Of a stretch of DNA of 64,000 nt, positions 56,364 to 64,000 are shown piece by piece. The DNA lies in contig CAWDUR010000015.1 of NCBI GenBank assembly GCA_963805585.1, positions 256 through 64,255 on the forward strand, written 5' to 3'. The first letter of the stretch is position 1, and each line of letters starts with the position of its first letter. A program made the translations under genes and the position numbers. The stretch comes from an uncultured Chloroflexia bacterium (GTDB lineage: Bacteria > Chloroflexota > Limnocylindria > Limnocylindrales > CSP1-4). The notes below the pieces were generated by a model. The model made no database searches. It was given only the letters and a program-made list of their open reading frames with translations, and had not been told where the DNA came from.

Positions 56364-56828
56364 ATGAGCGACAGCGACGGGTCCGACAGTGGTGGAGGAG
56401 CATCAGCCTCGCTCGAGGCGCGGCTCGAGGCCCTGGCCGCCTTCCTGCCGGTCTTCGAGCGAGCCGACTTTCGGCTCGGCACATGGGCGGGAGGCGAGAT
56501 GATGGCGGACGGGGTCATCCAGATGCCCTACTACTCGTTCGGACCGGAGGCGGCGCGGTTCATCTCGATTGCCTACGAGTTCGGCTGGGTCATTCCCTTC
56601 GACTGGGGCACCTGGGCGCAGACCCCCAAGGGGCAGCTGCTCTCGGCAGGAGGCGATGCCGTCGCCACGGCGACCCCAGACGACTTGGCGCGTCTCCTCA
56701 CCACGCTCATCCGCTCCGAGCGGTTCGGTGACGGTCAGCTCGAGGGAGCCTACGAGTCGGGGCTCCTGACCGCCATCGTCAGCCGCGCAGCGGCGCTTGC
56801 ATCGCAGGGACTACAAGCGTCTGGTTGA
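56364..56828 (+). CDS. Hypothetical protein (154 aa; resembles DUF6508-type proteins from memory)
   Basis: Clean ORF: ..IQMPYYSFGPEAARFISIAYEFGWVIPFDW..LLTTLIRSERFGDGQLEGAYESGLL. The family assignment is tentative. Confidence 0.45.
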   Translation: MSDSDGSDSGGGASASLEARLEALAAFLPVFERADFRLGTWAGGEMMADGVIQMPYYSFGPEAARFISIAYEFGWVIPFDWGTWAQTPKGQLLSAGGDAVATATPDDLARLLTTLIRSERFGDGQLEGAYESGLLTAIVSRAAALASQGLQASG

Positions 56829-57161
56829 CTGGCGGGCAATACGGCAGCTAAGGCACCGAGAGCCTTGACCTCTGGTACGCGAAAGGCGAGACCAGGGACC
56901 TGATGCCCGAGGACGGTGCATGGCCGTGGATCACGGGTCAGTTCGGGCGTCAGTGCGTCGACTACTTCACCGACAAGGTCGTTCTCGAGGCTGCCGGGAA
57001 GTTCACCTTCACGTCGCATCTCTTCGACCATTCAGGTCCTTCGCCTCTTGAACCGAGTGCTACCGCCGTGGCGTCATGCGTGATGAGCGGGAGGCGTTGA
57101 GGCGCGGCCCACATCCTGGCCGCCGGGACCGCGTCGAGCCACTGGCGGACCCGGCCCGCGC

Positions 57162-57800
57162 ATGAAGGGGGATCACATGCGCAGGCTGTGGGCCATCGGC
57201 GCGGCTGCCCTCGTGTGCATGGCACTCGCTGGGGTGGCCGATGCGGCCGCCAGGACGCCGCTCGGTCTCAACATCACGGTGGACTCCGGCGCTGAGGCGG
57301 CCCAGGGCGGCACGGGTGAGGTCGTCCCCGTCCCCCTCTGGAGGACCACCTCCACGATGACGGCCGTGCGCTACGGCGCTCCCGGGTTCCCGACCAGGGC
57401 CCAGGCCAGGGCCGGCAAGGGCGAGGCCAACTTCTTCTACTGCGGTGACATCACAGCCGGCTCGATGGCGCGCCAGCGGGTCAGGATCCACGGTCGCGAG
57501 CGGCTCACTGACAGCGGTGGCCTGGCGCTCGATCTGTCGGTGCGTATCGGGGTTGCCGCCGAGGATGGCGATGCGGGTCGCATGATCGTGCGCTACATCG
57601 ACGGCTCCGGTGGCCTGCTCGGCACGCTGGAGACAGCGACGGTACAAGCGACCGGCGGCTCGATGTCCCGCACCAGGATCTCGGGCGCCGTCCCTGCAGG
57701 CACGCGAACACTCCAGGTCATCCTCCAGGGCACAGGCACTGCCGGGACCGACTGTGATGTCTACTTCGACAACGTGAGCGTCAAACTGGTGGCTTCCTGA
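57162..57800 (+). CDS. Secreted hypothetical protein with a beta-sandwich (galactose-binding/CBM-like) flavour
   Basis: Signal-like MRRLWAIGAAALVCMALAGVADA. C-terminus ..VPAGTRTLQVILQGTGTAGTDCDVYFDNVSVKLV. Alternative ATG at 57177. Confidence 0.45.
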   Translation: MKGDHMRRLWAIGAAALVCMALAGVADAAARTPLGLNITVDSGAEAAQGGTGEVVPVPLWRTTSTMTAVRYGAPGFPTRAQARAGKGEANFFYCGDITAGSMARQRVRIHGRERLTDSGGLALDLSVRIGVAAEDGDAGRMIVRYIDGSGGLLGTLETATVQATGGSMSRTRISGAVPAGTRTLQVILQGTGTAGTDCDVYFDNVSVKLVAS

Positions 57801-57837
57801 GGGCCTGCGGCAGCCGCAACCGCCGCGCCCGCCGGGA

Positions 57838-58440
57838 TCAGGCGTCGTCGTGAGACTCCTCGCCTCGGAGGGCTTCCAGGCCCTCGCGGACGAGGAAGCC
57901 GACGATGACGAGCGCCGCCAGCGGGTCTGCCCACCACCAGCCCAGGAGAGCGTTGCCGACGAGGCCGGCGAGGGTCACAGCCGAGAGGTACCAGCAGGCG
58001 CGCGTCTGCTCGGAGTCGGCGATCAGGGCGCGGCTGCCGAGCGCCTCGCCCACGCGCCGTTTGGCACGCGCCAGCCACAGCATCAGGACCAGGGAAATGG
58101 CTGTCAGGGCGATGCCGACAGGGCTGGCGTCCGGTGCCTCCGCCGCGATCAGGGCGCGCATCGATTCGAGCGCAACGTACGTGGCCAGCACCAGGAACGC
58201 GATCCCGACCAGCCGTTCCGCGCGCCGCTCGACCTGCTCGACGCGTTCGTCGTCGGCCCCAGCCTGCTCCACGCGCAGGCGCCAGACCAGGATGACGCCT
58301 GATGTCGTCTCCACCAGGCTGTCCAGCCCGAAACCGACGAGGGCGATGCTGCCGCTGGCGAGGCCGGCCCCGATCGCCACCAGCCCTTCAAGGATGTTCC
58401 AGCCGATGGTGAGGAACTCAAGCCGAAGACCACGCCGCAA
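57838..58440 (-). CDS. Cation-diffusion-facilitator-like transporter, membrane domain only
   Basis: LEGLVAIGAGLASGSIALVGFGLDSLVETTSG..ALIADSEQTRACWYLS.. About 5-6 TM helices, no cytoplasmic CTD. TTG start as listed. Confidence 0.6.
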   Translation of the reverse strand: MRRGLRLEFLTIGWNILEGLVAIGAGLASGSIALVGFGLDSLVETTSGVILVWRLRVEQAGADDERVEQVERRAERLVGIAFLVLATYVALESMRALIAAEAPDASPVGIALTAISLVLMLWLARAKRRVGEALGSRALIADSEQTRACWYLSAVTLAGLVGNALLGWWWADPLAALVIVGFLVREGLEALRGEESHDDA

Positions 58441-58625
58441 CAGCTCGGCTCGTGGGACTGCGACTGTGCTCCCCGGGCCGCTCGATCGCGGCTTGCTGTC
58501 GTTCGTTCACCTGTGAGGTCAGTATCGACCGACGAGCGCTCGCGCGTGGTCCTCGGAACGGTTCGCGGCCCCACCGCGCGCCGTGTCTGAGGTCAGGCGT
58601 CTGAGGTGTTCGTCCCTGCGGTGCT

Positions 58626-59789
58626 TCAGGTCGCGGCAGGGGCCGACGCTGACGGCTCGGCCGACGCTGACGGCTCGGCCGACGCTGACGGCTCGGCCGA
58701 CGCTGACGGCTCGGCCGACGGTGATGGCTCGGCCGATGCTGACGGCTCAGGAGATGGGGTCTCTCTGGGCCCCTCTCGCACCGTCGCGCACCGCGGCAGG
58801 CTCGCGTAGACCTCGCGCATCGGCCGGTCCATGAGCCAGTGGTTGGACGGCGCCTCGAAGAAGGGCAGGTCCATGTCGAAGTAGACGGCCGCTTCCACGC
58901 CGCGCACGTCTCGCAGCGAGCGCAGCCAGCCGTCGCGATCAGGCAGATCGATGCGCCGCCCGAACTCGCCCACGAGGATGGGTCGACGGCTGATCTGGCC
59001 GAATCGATCGATGATGGGGCCCCATTGCTCGGCCAGCGGCACCCATGCCTCCGTCCTGGAGTAGCCGTCGAAGCCGACCTGCTGGCACCAATCGTCGCCT
59101 GGGAAGTAGGCCTCCATCTCGTCGAGGCCGGGCTTGCCGCTTCGCAGACCGGGGCAGAAGTGGAACTCCACGTTGCGGGCTCCCGCCACGTGTCGGATGC
59201 GTGCGCTGACGTGCCGGAAGGCGGCCACGAACTCGCGGGCCGGCAGGTCCGACCAGGGGAACTTGCCGTTCATCTCCTGGTCCCATCGCAGGATGAGCCG
59301 ATGGCCGTACGCGCCAGCGGCGATCCCCCAGTCCTCCAGCGCCTTGTCGCGCTTGCCCCTCGTGATGGCCTCGTAGCCGTGCGTCTGCCAGCGTGCCTCA
59401 TCTGCCGAGTGCGCGAAGACGGCCGGCTCCACGCCGCGCTCGCGCAGCCCCTGCAGCAGCCAGTCGGCCGGGAAGATGCCGCCGCGCGGGGCCGGCAGGT
59501 CCAGGTCGAAGGGGGACCAGAGCGGCAGGATGGCCGGATAGAAGCCGGTCACTTCGCGCCAGCGGTCAACGGCCGGCAGGACCAGCGTCTCGTCACCGTG
59601 CTGGGTGGCCTCGAAGAGCGCGACGCCCAGGCACATCCTCGGGTCACCGTCGCCTTCTCCGAGCGCGCTGCCTGAAGCCAGGGCGCTGAGTCCGGGCACC
59701 AGGCGGCCGGCCAGGGCCGCAGCGGCGACGCCGGCCGAGGCGAGCAGCAGCCGGCGCCGACTCATCCTCGCGCCCAGGTCGAGCGGCAT
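58626..59789 (-). CDS. Tat-secreted GH26-like glycoside hydrolase with a C-terminal (EPSASA)n tail
   Basis: MSRRRLLLASAGVAAAALAG (twin-Arg). RLILRWDQEMNGKFPW (acid/base Glu context) and ILVGEFG (nucleophile Glu context). AGGAG sits 8 nt upstream of ATG 59789. Confidence 0.55.
   Translation of the reverse strand: MPLDLGARMSRRRLLLASAGVAAAALAGRLVPGLSALASGSALGEGDGDPRMCLGVALFEATQHGDETLVLPAVDRWREVTGFYPAILPLWSPFDLDLPAPRGGIFPADWLLQGLRERGVEPAVFAHSADEARWQTHGYEAITRGKRDKALEDWGIAAGAYGHRLILRWDQEMNGKFPWSDLPAREFVAAFRHVSARIRHVAGARNVEFHFCPGLRSGKPGLDEMEAYFPGDDWCQQVGFDGYSRTEAWVPLAEQWGPIIDRFGQISRRPILVGEFGRRIDLPDRDGWLRSLRDVRGVEAAVYFDMDLPFFEAPSNHWLMDRPMREVYASLPRCATVREGPRETPSPEPSASAEPSPSAEPSASAEPSASAEPSASAEPSASAPAAT
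58641..58748. repeat. 18-bp tandem repeat x6 (coding, minus strand: EPSASA units)
   Basis: GGCCGACGCTGACGGCTC x4 are identical, then two variants. The array is in frame with the 3' end of the GH26-like ORF. Confidence 0.9.
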
Positions 59790-59901
59790 CGTCAGTGCTC
59801 CTGCTTGGTGACGGTGAGTCATCCTATTGTGGCGCTCAAGAGTTGTCGCGCAAGCGTGCGCATCGGCCCGGAACGGCCTGAGCGCTACAGAGGGAGGTCC
59901 G

Positions 59902-61707
59902 ATGCCGACGATGAGACTGGCGCTCAGCACGGCCGTGCCATTGCTCGCGGTCGTCCTGATGGTGACCACGTCGGGCAGCGCCACGCTCGCTGGCAAGGGT
60001 GACAGGGGCGGCAAGGGCGACAAGGAGACCGCCCCGACCGAGCCGCCGGCCGTCATCGCGGTCGTCGATGGCGACCAGGTGAAGATGGCCCGGACCAAGG
60101 TCGCCAAGAGCGTCACGCGCATCGCCGACGCCGTCGGCGACCAGGTCCTGTCGGATGGCACGCCTGCCCCAGACGCCGAGGCCTGGTCGGACATCCGGTC
60201 CGTCCACCTGGCCCCCATCAAGGTGCCCGGGAAGCTCGTGGCTCGCATCTTCGAGGACTTCCCACGCGGCGCGCAGGGCACGTTCTACGGTGCCGATGCC
60301 GACTGGTCGAGGGGCGACCATGCCGTCTTCGTGGCCATCGAGCTGGCCGACCGGCTCCCGTCCGACCCCGTGGTCCAGCAGGTGGAGGTGGGTCTCGACG
60401 GGGACGCCGCGGGCCCGCTCCAGGTCGGCGCGGCCACGGACACGCGCGCCGGGCTGGAGCGCTTCTCCCTGAGCGGCACCTTCCGTGATGGATCGGAATC
60501 GTCCGGCACCACGGATGTCAGCGGCCGACTGCCTGGCGAGCCCATCGACTACTACGACGCGGAGTCGGGCGTCTTCGGGTTCCACGATGACAGGGCAGCC
60601 ACGTACTACCTGATCATGCCCCTCCCTGGGGATGCCCAGTCGGTGTCGGTAGCCCTGCGCACCGTCACCGCCCAGGGCGAGATCGTCGACCGCCTGGAGC
60701 TGCCCGGCGGCGGCCACCTGGTGTCCCTGGAGGACCCGGCCGGTGCCTGGGACCCGGAGCTGGGAGCGCCGCTGGCATGCCGATCGCTGGAGACCTACAG
60801 CTCGGCAGCCGGCCTGCCTGGCCTGGAGGACCCGGGCACCACTCGGATCCGCTACGCCGCCGGTGCGGACCCCGCTCTCGACCAGGCCGAGGCGGATGCG
60901 CTCCTGGCCGCCCTCGACGGTATCGGCGACACGCTGCCGGTGACCCTCCAGCCGGCCGGCGGGGACAAGGCCGCCACCGAAGGCTCGCCCGCCGAGCCGC
61001 TCACCGTTGACGCGACCCTTGAGCGCGCCCCTGGGCTACATGCCTTCACCCTGACCATGGACGTGCCGGCGGGCCGATGGACGTTCACTCCGCCCGACGA
61101 CGCAGCCCTTTCGACCCCGGCCGGCGAGGCGCTCGTGGACGTCCGCTCGCTGATCGGTCGCGGCGGGCTGGGCACGGGGGAGGGACTGGACGGCTTCGTG
61201 GCCGGGGACCCCGCCTGCGCCCGATTCAACCTGGGCGCGGATGTCTGCGCCTTCGTCCCGGCGGACGATATCGCCGGCCTCGTGGGCCTCGACGGCAGCG
61301 AGATCGAGCAGCAGTCCCGGGTCCGATCGGACGGCGCGCACTGGTGCGTCGGGATGGCGCCGGCGACCGACGAGGTCCAGTACATCGCCCGCGTCGGGAC
61401 CGGCTACCTGACGTCTGAGGCGTTCGCGCGCGAGGTCGCCGCCAGCCCTTGCGCTGCCACTCCACGAGACCTCGGGGCAGAAGCCGTCATGCTCGACTGC
61501 GGCGCCGATGGCTACGAGCGGCACCTCGTGCGTGTGCTGCCGGATGCCATCGCGGAACGCGACCCGGAAGGTGGTCTGCTCGTCTCGGTCGACATGCTCG
61601 TGGACGGCGCCAAGCCTGCCGGCGAGCGTTACGACCCGGGCGCCGCTGAGGCCTTCTTCAGCGAGCTGGTGGAGAAGCTGGCCTCGTCCGCCGAGCCGGC
61701 GGGCTGA
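59902..61707 (+). CDS. Secreted hypothetical protein (601 aa)
   Basis: GGGAGG precedes ATG 59902. Signal-like MPTMRLALSTAVPLLAVVLMVTTSGSA. Intact acidic protein with several Cys pairs near the C-terminus. No family recognised. Divergent from the GH26-like gene. Confidence 0.55.
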   Translation: MPTMRLALSTAVPLLAVVLMVTTSGSATLAGKGDRGGKGDKETAPTEPPAVIAVVDGDQVKMARTKVAKSVTRIADAVGDQVLSDGTPAPDAEAWSDIRSVHLAPIKVPGKLVARIFEDFPRGAQGTFYGADADWSRGDHAVFVAIELADRLPSDPVVQQVEVGLDGDAAGPLQVGAATDTRAGLERFSLSGTFRDGSESSGTTDVSGRLPGEPIDYYDAESGVFGFHDDRAATYYLIMPLPGDAQSVSVALRTVTAQGEIVDRLELPGGGHLVSLEDPAGAWDPELGAPLACRSLETYSSAAGLPGLEDPGTTRIRYAAGADPALDQAEADALLAALDGIGDTLPVTLQPAGGDKAATEGSPAEPLTVDATLERAPGLHAFTLTMDVPAGRWTFTPPDDAALSTPAGEALVDVRSLIGRGGLGTGEGLDGFVAGDPACARFNLGADVCAFVPADDIAGLVGLDGSEIEQQSRVRSDGAHWCVGMAPATDEVQYIARVGTGYLTSEAFAREVAASPCAATPRDLGAEAVMLDCGADGYERHLVRVLPDAIAERDPEGGLLVSVDMLVDGAKPAGERYDPGAAEAFFSELVEKLASSAEPAG

Positions 61708-61717
61708 CCATTCCCGT

Positions 61718-62209
61718 TCAGGTGCGCATCAGGTAGGGGAAGAGCCGCATCTTCAGGTCGCTCGCCGGCAGCGCGCCGACGATGCGGTCCACGACGCGGT
61801 CGCCCTTGATGACGATCATGGTGGGGATGCTGCTGGCCCCGAACTGCTGGGCCAGCATGGGGTTCTCGTCGACGTTGACCTTGACGACCTTGATGCGTCC
61901 CGCGTATTCGAGCGCTAGTCCCTCCAGCATGGGGCCGACGACGCGACAGGGGCCGCACCACGGCGCCCAGAGGTCCACGAGGACGGCCACGGAGGCCCGC
62001 GCCTCGTACGGGAACGTGGCGTCCGTGGCATCCACGACCCAGGCCAGCGGCTTGCTGCAGGATCCACAGTGGGGAGTCCCGCGCTCGCTGGGCCGGATCT
62101 TGTTCTTCTTGCCGCAGTCGCCGCAGGTGAGGACGGAGACGGGGCCGCCAGGAATGGTGCTGGCGGGCGAAGGGGCGGCGGGGTCGGGTCGGTCGTTCGG
62201 GTCGGTCAT
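61718..62209 (-). CDS. trxC: Thioredoxin 2-type thioredoxin with an N-terminal zinc-finger
   Basis: CGDCGKKNKI..HCGSCSKPL (two CxxC) followed by VDLWAPWCGPCR. Confidence 0.85.
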   Translation of the reverse strand: MTDPNDRPDPAAPSPASTIPGGPVSVLTCGDCGKKNKIRPSERGTPHCGSCSKPLAWVVDATDATFPYEARASVAVLVDLWAPWCGPCRVVGPMLEGLALEYAGRIKVVKVNVDENPMLAQQFGASSIPTMIVIKGDRVVDRIVGALPASDLKMRLFPYLMRT

Positions 62210-62258
62210 GGCAGGCCGATTCTTGCCCGACTCGCGGTTCCCTGCACGCCAGGTCCGC

Positions 62259-62985
62259 TCAGTCGCCGCCGCGCAGCTGGTAGCGCGAGAGTCGCCAGCT
62301 GGCCAGCGCCAGCGATCCCACGATGACGGCGGTGAGGATGACCACGGATGTGGTCCCTGCCATCGTGTCGCCGGGTCCCCTCGCTGCCCTGGAGCATGGC
62401 CGCCAGGCCCATCGTGGCCTGCCGTACGGAGAAGACCTGCGTACCCTCGAAGAGACCGGACAGGACGCCCTCCCAGAGCAGGACGTAGGCGAGGCCGATG
62501 GCCAGCGCCCGCGAGGTGAAGCTGGAAAGGGCCAGGAAGCCCAGCGCGTAGGCAGTGCCGCCCACCGCCGCGGCGATGGCATACGCCACCGTGGAGTCCG
62601 CGAGCGAGGCCTGCTGCGAGGTGGCCACCAGCCCGGTGAGCACGGTGGCCGGGACGATGAGCAGCGCCGTCAGGCCCGCCGCCACGACACCCTTGGCCAG
62701 CACGATGCGGGCGCGCCGGATGGGTTTCGTGAGCAGGAAGACGATGGTGCCGTCGTCCAGTTCGGTGCCCAGGGCAGCCGTCCCGAAGACGAGCGCGATG
62801 AGGGGCAGCACCGTGCGCACGATGAGCTGGTCGAAGATGCGCCGGCTGAAGAAGTCGCCACCGAAGACGGCGCCGGCGATGGCCAGCAGCACGGGGCCCG
62901 CGGCCAGCAGCACCATGAGCCAGAAGCGCCGCCGGTCCACGAGGCTGCGCAGGGTGAGCGCCACGATGGGCATCGAGCGGATCAT
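62259..62985 (-). pseudogene. ABC-2-type transporter permease, one apparent frameshift near 62380
   Basis: MIRSMPIVALTLRSLVDRRRFWLMVLLAAGPVLL..GTELDDGTIVFLLTKPIRR.., then VVILTAVIVGSLALASWRLSRYQL* in a second frame. ATGA overlap with the ATPase. Confidence 0.7.
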
Positions 62986-63930
62986 CGGCCGACCAGGTAG
63001 GCGAAGACCGACTCGAGCGAATCGTCGGTCGGGGTCAGCTCCAGCACGCGGATGCCCGACCCTCGGGCGATCCGAGGCAGCTGTCTCGTGAAGCGCCCGA
63101 AGTCGGACGTCCGCACGAGCAGGCCCTTCGGATCGATCTCCACGCCGAAGACGCTCTCTTCGGCCAGCAGGATGGAGCCCAGCCGGCGGTCGTCGCTGGA
63201 GCGCACGAAGAACTCGTGCGGTCGGTCGGTCATGAGCCGGCGGATGGAGCGGAAGTCGCCCGAGGCCGCCAGCCGACCGGCGTAGATGACCAGCACGGAG
63301 GCGGCGATGCGCTCGACCTCCTCGAGGATGTGCGAGGAGAGCAGGACGGTGCGGCCGTCCTCCGCCATGCGTTGCAGCAGCTCGAACATGTGCAGGCGCT
63401 GCCGCGGATCCATGCCGTTGAAGGGCTCGTCGAGGATCAGCACCGGCGGGTCGTGGACCAGCGCGGCGGCCATCTTGATGCGCTGGCGCATGCCCTTGGA
63501 GTAGGTGCCCGATGCGCCGGTCGGCAGCGTCCGCGAGGTCCACCAGGTCGATGGCCCGCCGGGCCGCCGCGTCCGGGTCCGAGAGTCCCTGGACCCGGGC
63601 GTTGACGAGCACGAACTCGCGACCGGTGAGGAACGGGTAGACGGCCTCGCGCTCCGGCACGAGCCCGATGCCTCGATAGATGTCCGGGTTGCGCCAGGTC
63701 TGCTGGCCGCTGACGCGGATCTGCCCGGCCGAAGGCGCCAGGAGGCCAGCGATCATGTGCAGCAGCGTCGTCTTGCCGGCGCCGTTGGGGCCCAGCAGGC
63801 CGGTCACGCCCGGCCCCACCGCGAAGCTGATGTCGTTGACGGCGACGACGTTGCCGTACCAGCGCGAGGCATGCTCGACCTCGATGGTGGGCGCAGGCCC
63901 CGTCGGCATGGCGGGCATCGTCTCGCTCAT
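62982..63930 (-). pseudogene. ABC transporter ATP-binding protein (ABC-2/daunorubicin-type), one apparent frameshift near 63495
   Basis: GLLGPNGAGKTTLL (Walker A), then MRQRIKMAAALVHDPPVLILDEPFNGMDP (signature end + Walker B) and LSSHILEEV in a second frame. Confidence 0.8.
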
Positions 63931-64000
63931 GCCTCGATGCGCTGGTAGCGGCGCGCCAGCACGAACAGCGAGCCGACGATCCAGATGCCCGCGGCGGCCA
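63927..64000 (-). CDS. 3' end of a membrane protein gene (partial; continues beyond the window)
   Basis: ..AAGIWIVGSLFVLARRYQRIEA*. The TGA overlaps the ATPase ATG (ATGA). Confidence 0.4.
   Translation of the reverse strand, partial: AAAGIWIVGSLFVLARRYQRIEA

Noticed and set aside
56125-57100. ORF-track entries 56125-56367 and 56903-57100 (+), and 56246-56518 and 56750-57031 (-).
   Set aside because: There is no ribosome-binding site and no recognisable motif, the ORFs overlap one another, and the composition is not protein-like. I treated the region as non-coding or decayed DNA.
58641-58748. A regular 18-bp repeat array that superficially looks CRISPR-like.
   Set aside because: The units are contiguous with no spacers, far shorter than CRISPR repeats, and in frame with the 3' end of a coding ORF (EPSASA units). 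No cas genes are present.
55621-64000. A search for a second copy of the tRNA-Ser 3' end (attR) to close the putative island.
   Set aside because: None was found by eye, and only trivial matches of 10 nt or less occur elsewhere. Absence by visual scan is weak evidence, so the island's right boundary remains open rather than being claimed.

Overview
This is a GC-rich window (roughly 70% by eye, not computed) that looks like chromosome from an actinobacterium-like or other high-GC lineage; that taxonomic call is an inference. Most of it is housekeeping.

Gene content, left to right:
- Two tandem CUT2-type sugar ABC importers (1-6669).
- An arsR-trxA pair, then a small Zn-peptidase, an alpha/beta hydrolase, tatA and folE.
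- A B12-binding mutase subunit with meaB.
- A roughly 9-kb minus-strand operon (11996-20996), translationally coupled, encoding all seven shikimate-pathway activities plus anthranilate synthase (DAHP synthase-CM, aroA, aroC, aroE, aroK-aroB fusion, aroQ, trpE, trpG).
- Nudix, SDR, DegV, Gdh, HAD and a DRTGG/Pta-N-like protein.
- A minus-strand coaX-coaBC-panB-panC cluster.
- An M16 peptidase, a Pro-rich protein and ndk.
- An H+-pyrophosphatase, uppP, argR and greA.
- A class I LysRS, serS and tRNA-Ser(UGA).
- Downstream of the tRNA, an accessory-looking stretch: an IS3-type transposase remnant, an atypical orphan OmpR-type regulator, a YcnI/DUF1775-like protein, a roughly 9-kb cyclic beta-1,2-glucan-synthase-like gene (GT84 + alpha/alpha6 + GH94), decayed fragments, secreted proteins of unknown function, a GH26-like hydrolase, a Trx2-type thioredoxin and an ABC-2 exporter.

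The most interesting signals:
1. Upstream of the aromatic operon there is a TTGACA-N17-TAAGGT promoter, an 8-codon ORF (MVRYWSFS, carrying Tyr, Trp and Phe on rare codons) and a strong intrinsic terminator. Together they look like a ribosome-mediated attenuator.
2. I infer roughly 50 single-base frame disruptions, strongly clustered. They hit some genes about 10 times, including essential ones, and spare multi-kb stretches. This is either a sequence-quality problem or unusual gene decay, and every product call depends on which.
3. There are several perfect direct-repeat arrays in promoter-proximal DNA.

No CRISPR array, rRNA or intact mobile element was seen. Frame-change positions are approximate and were worked out by eye.
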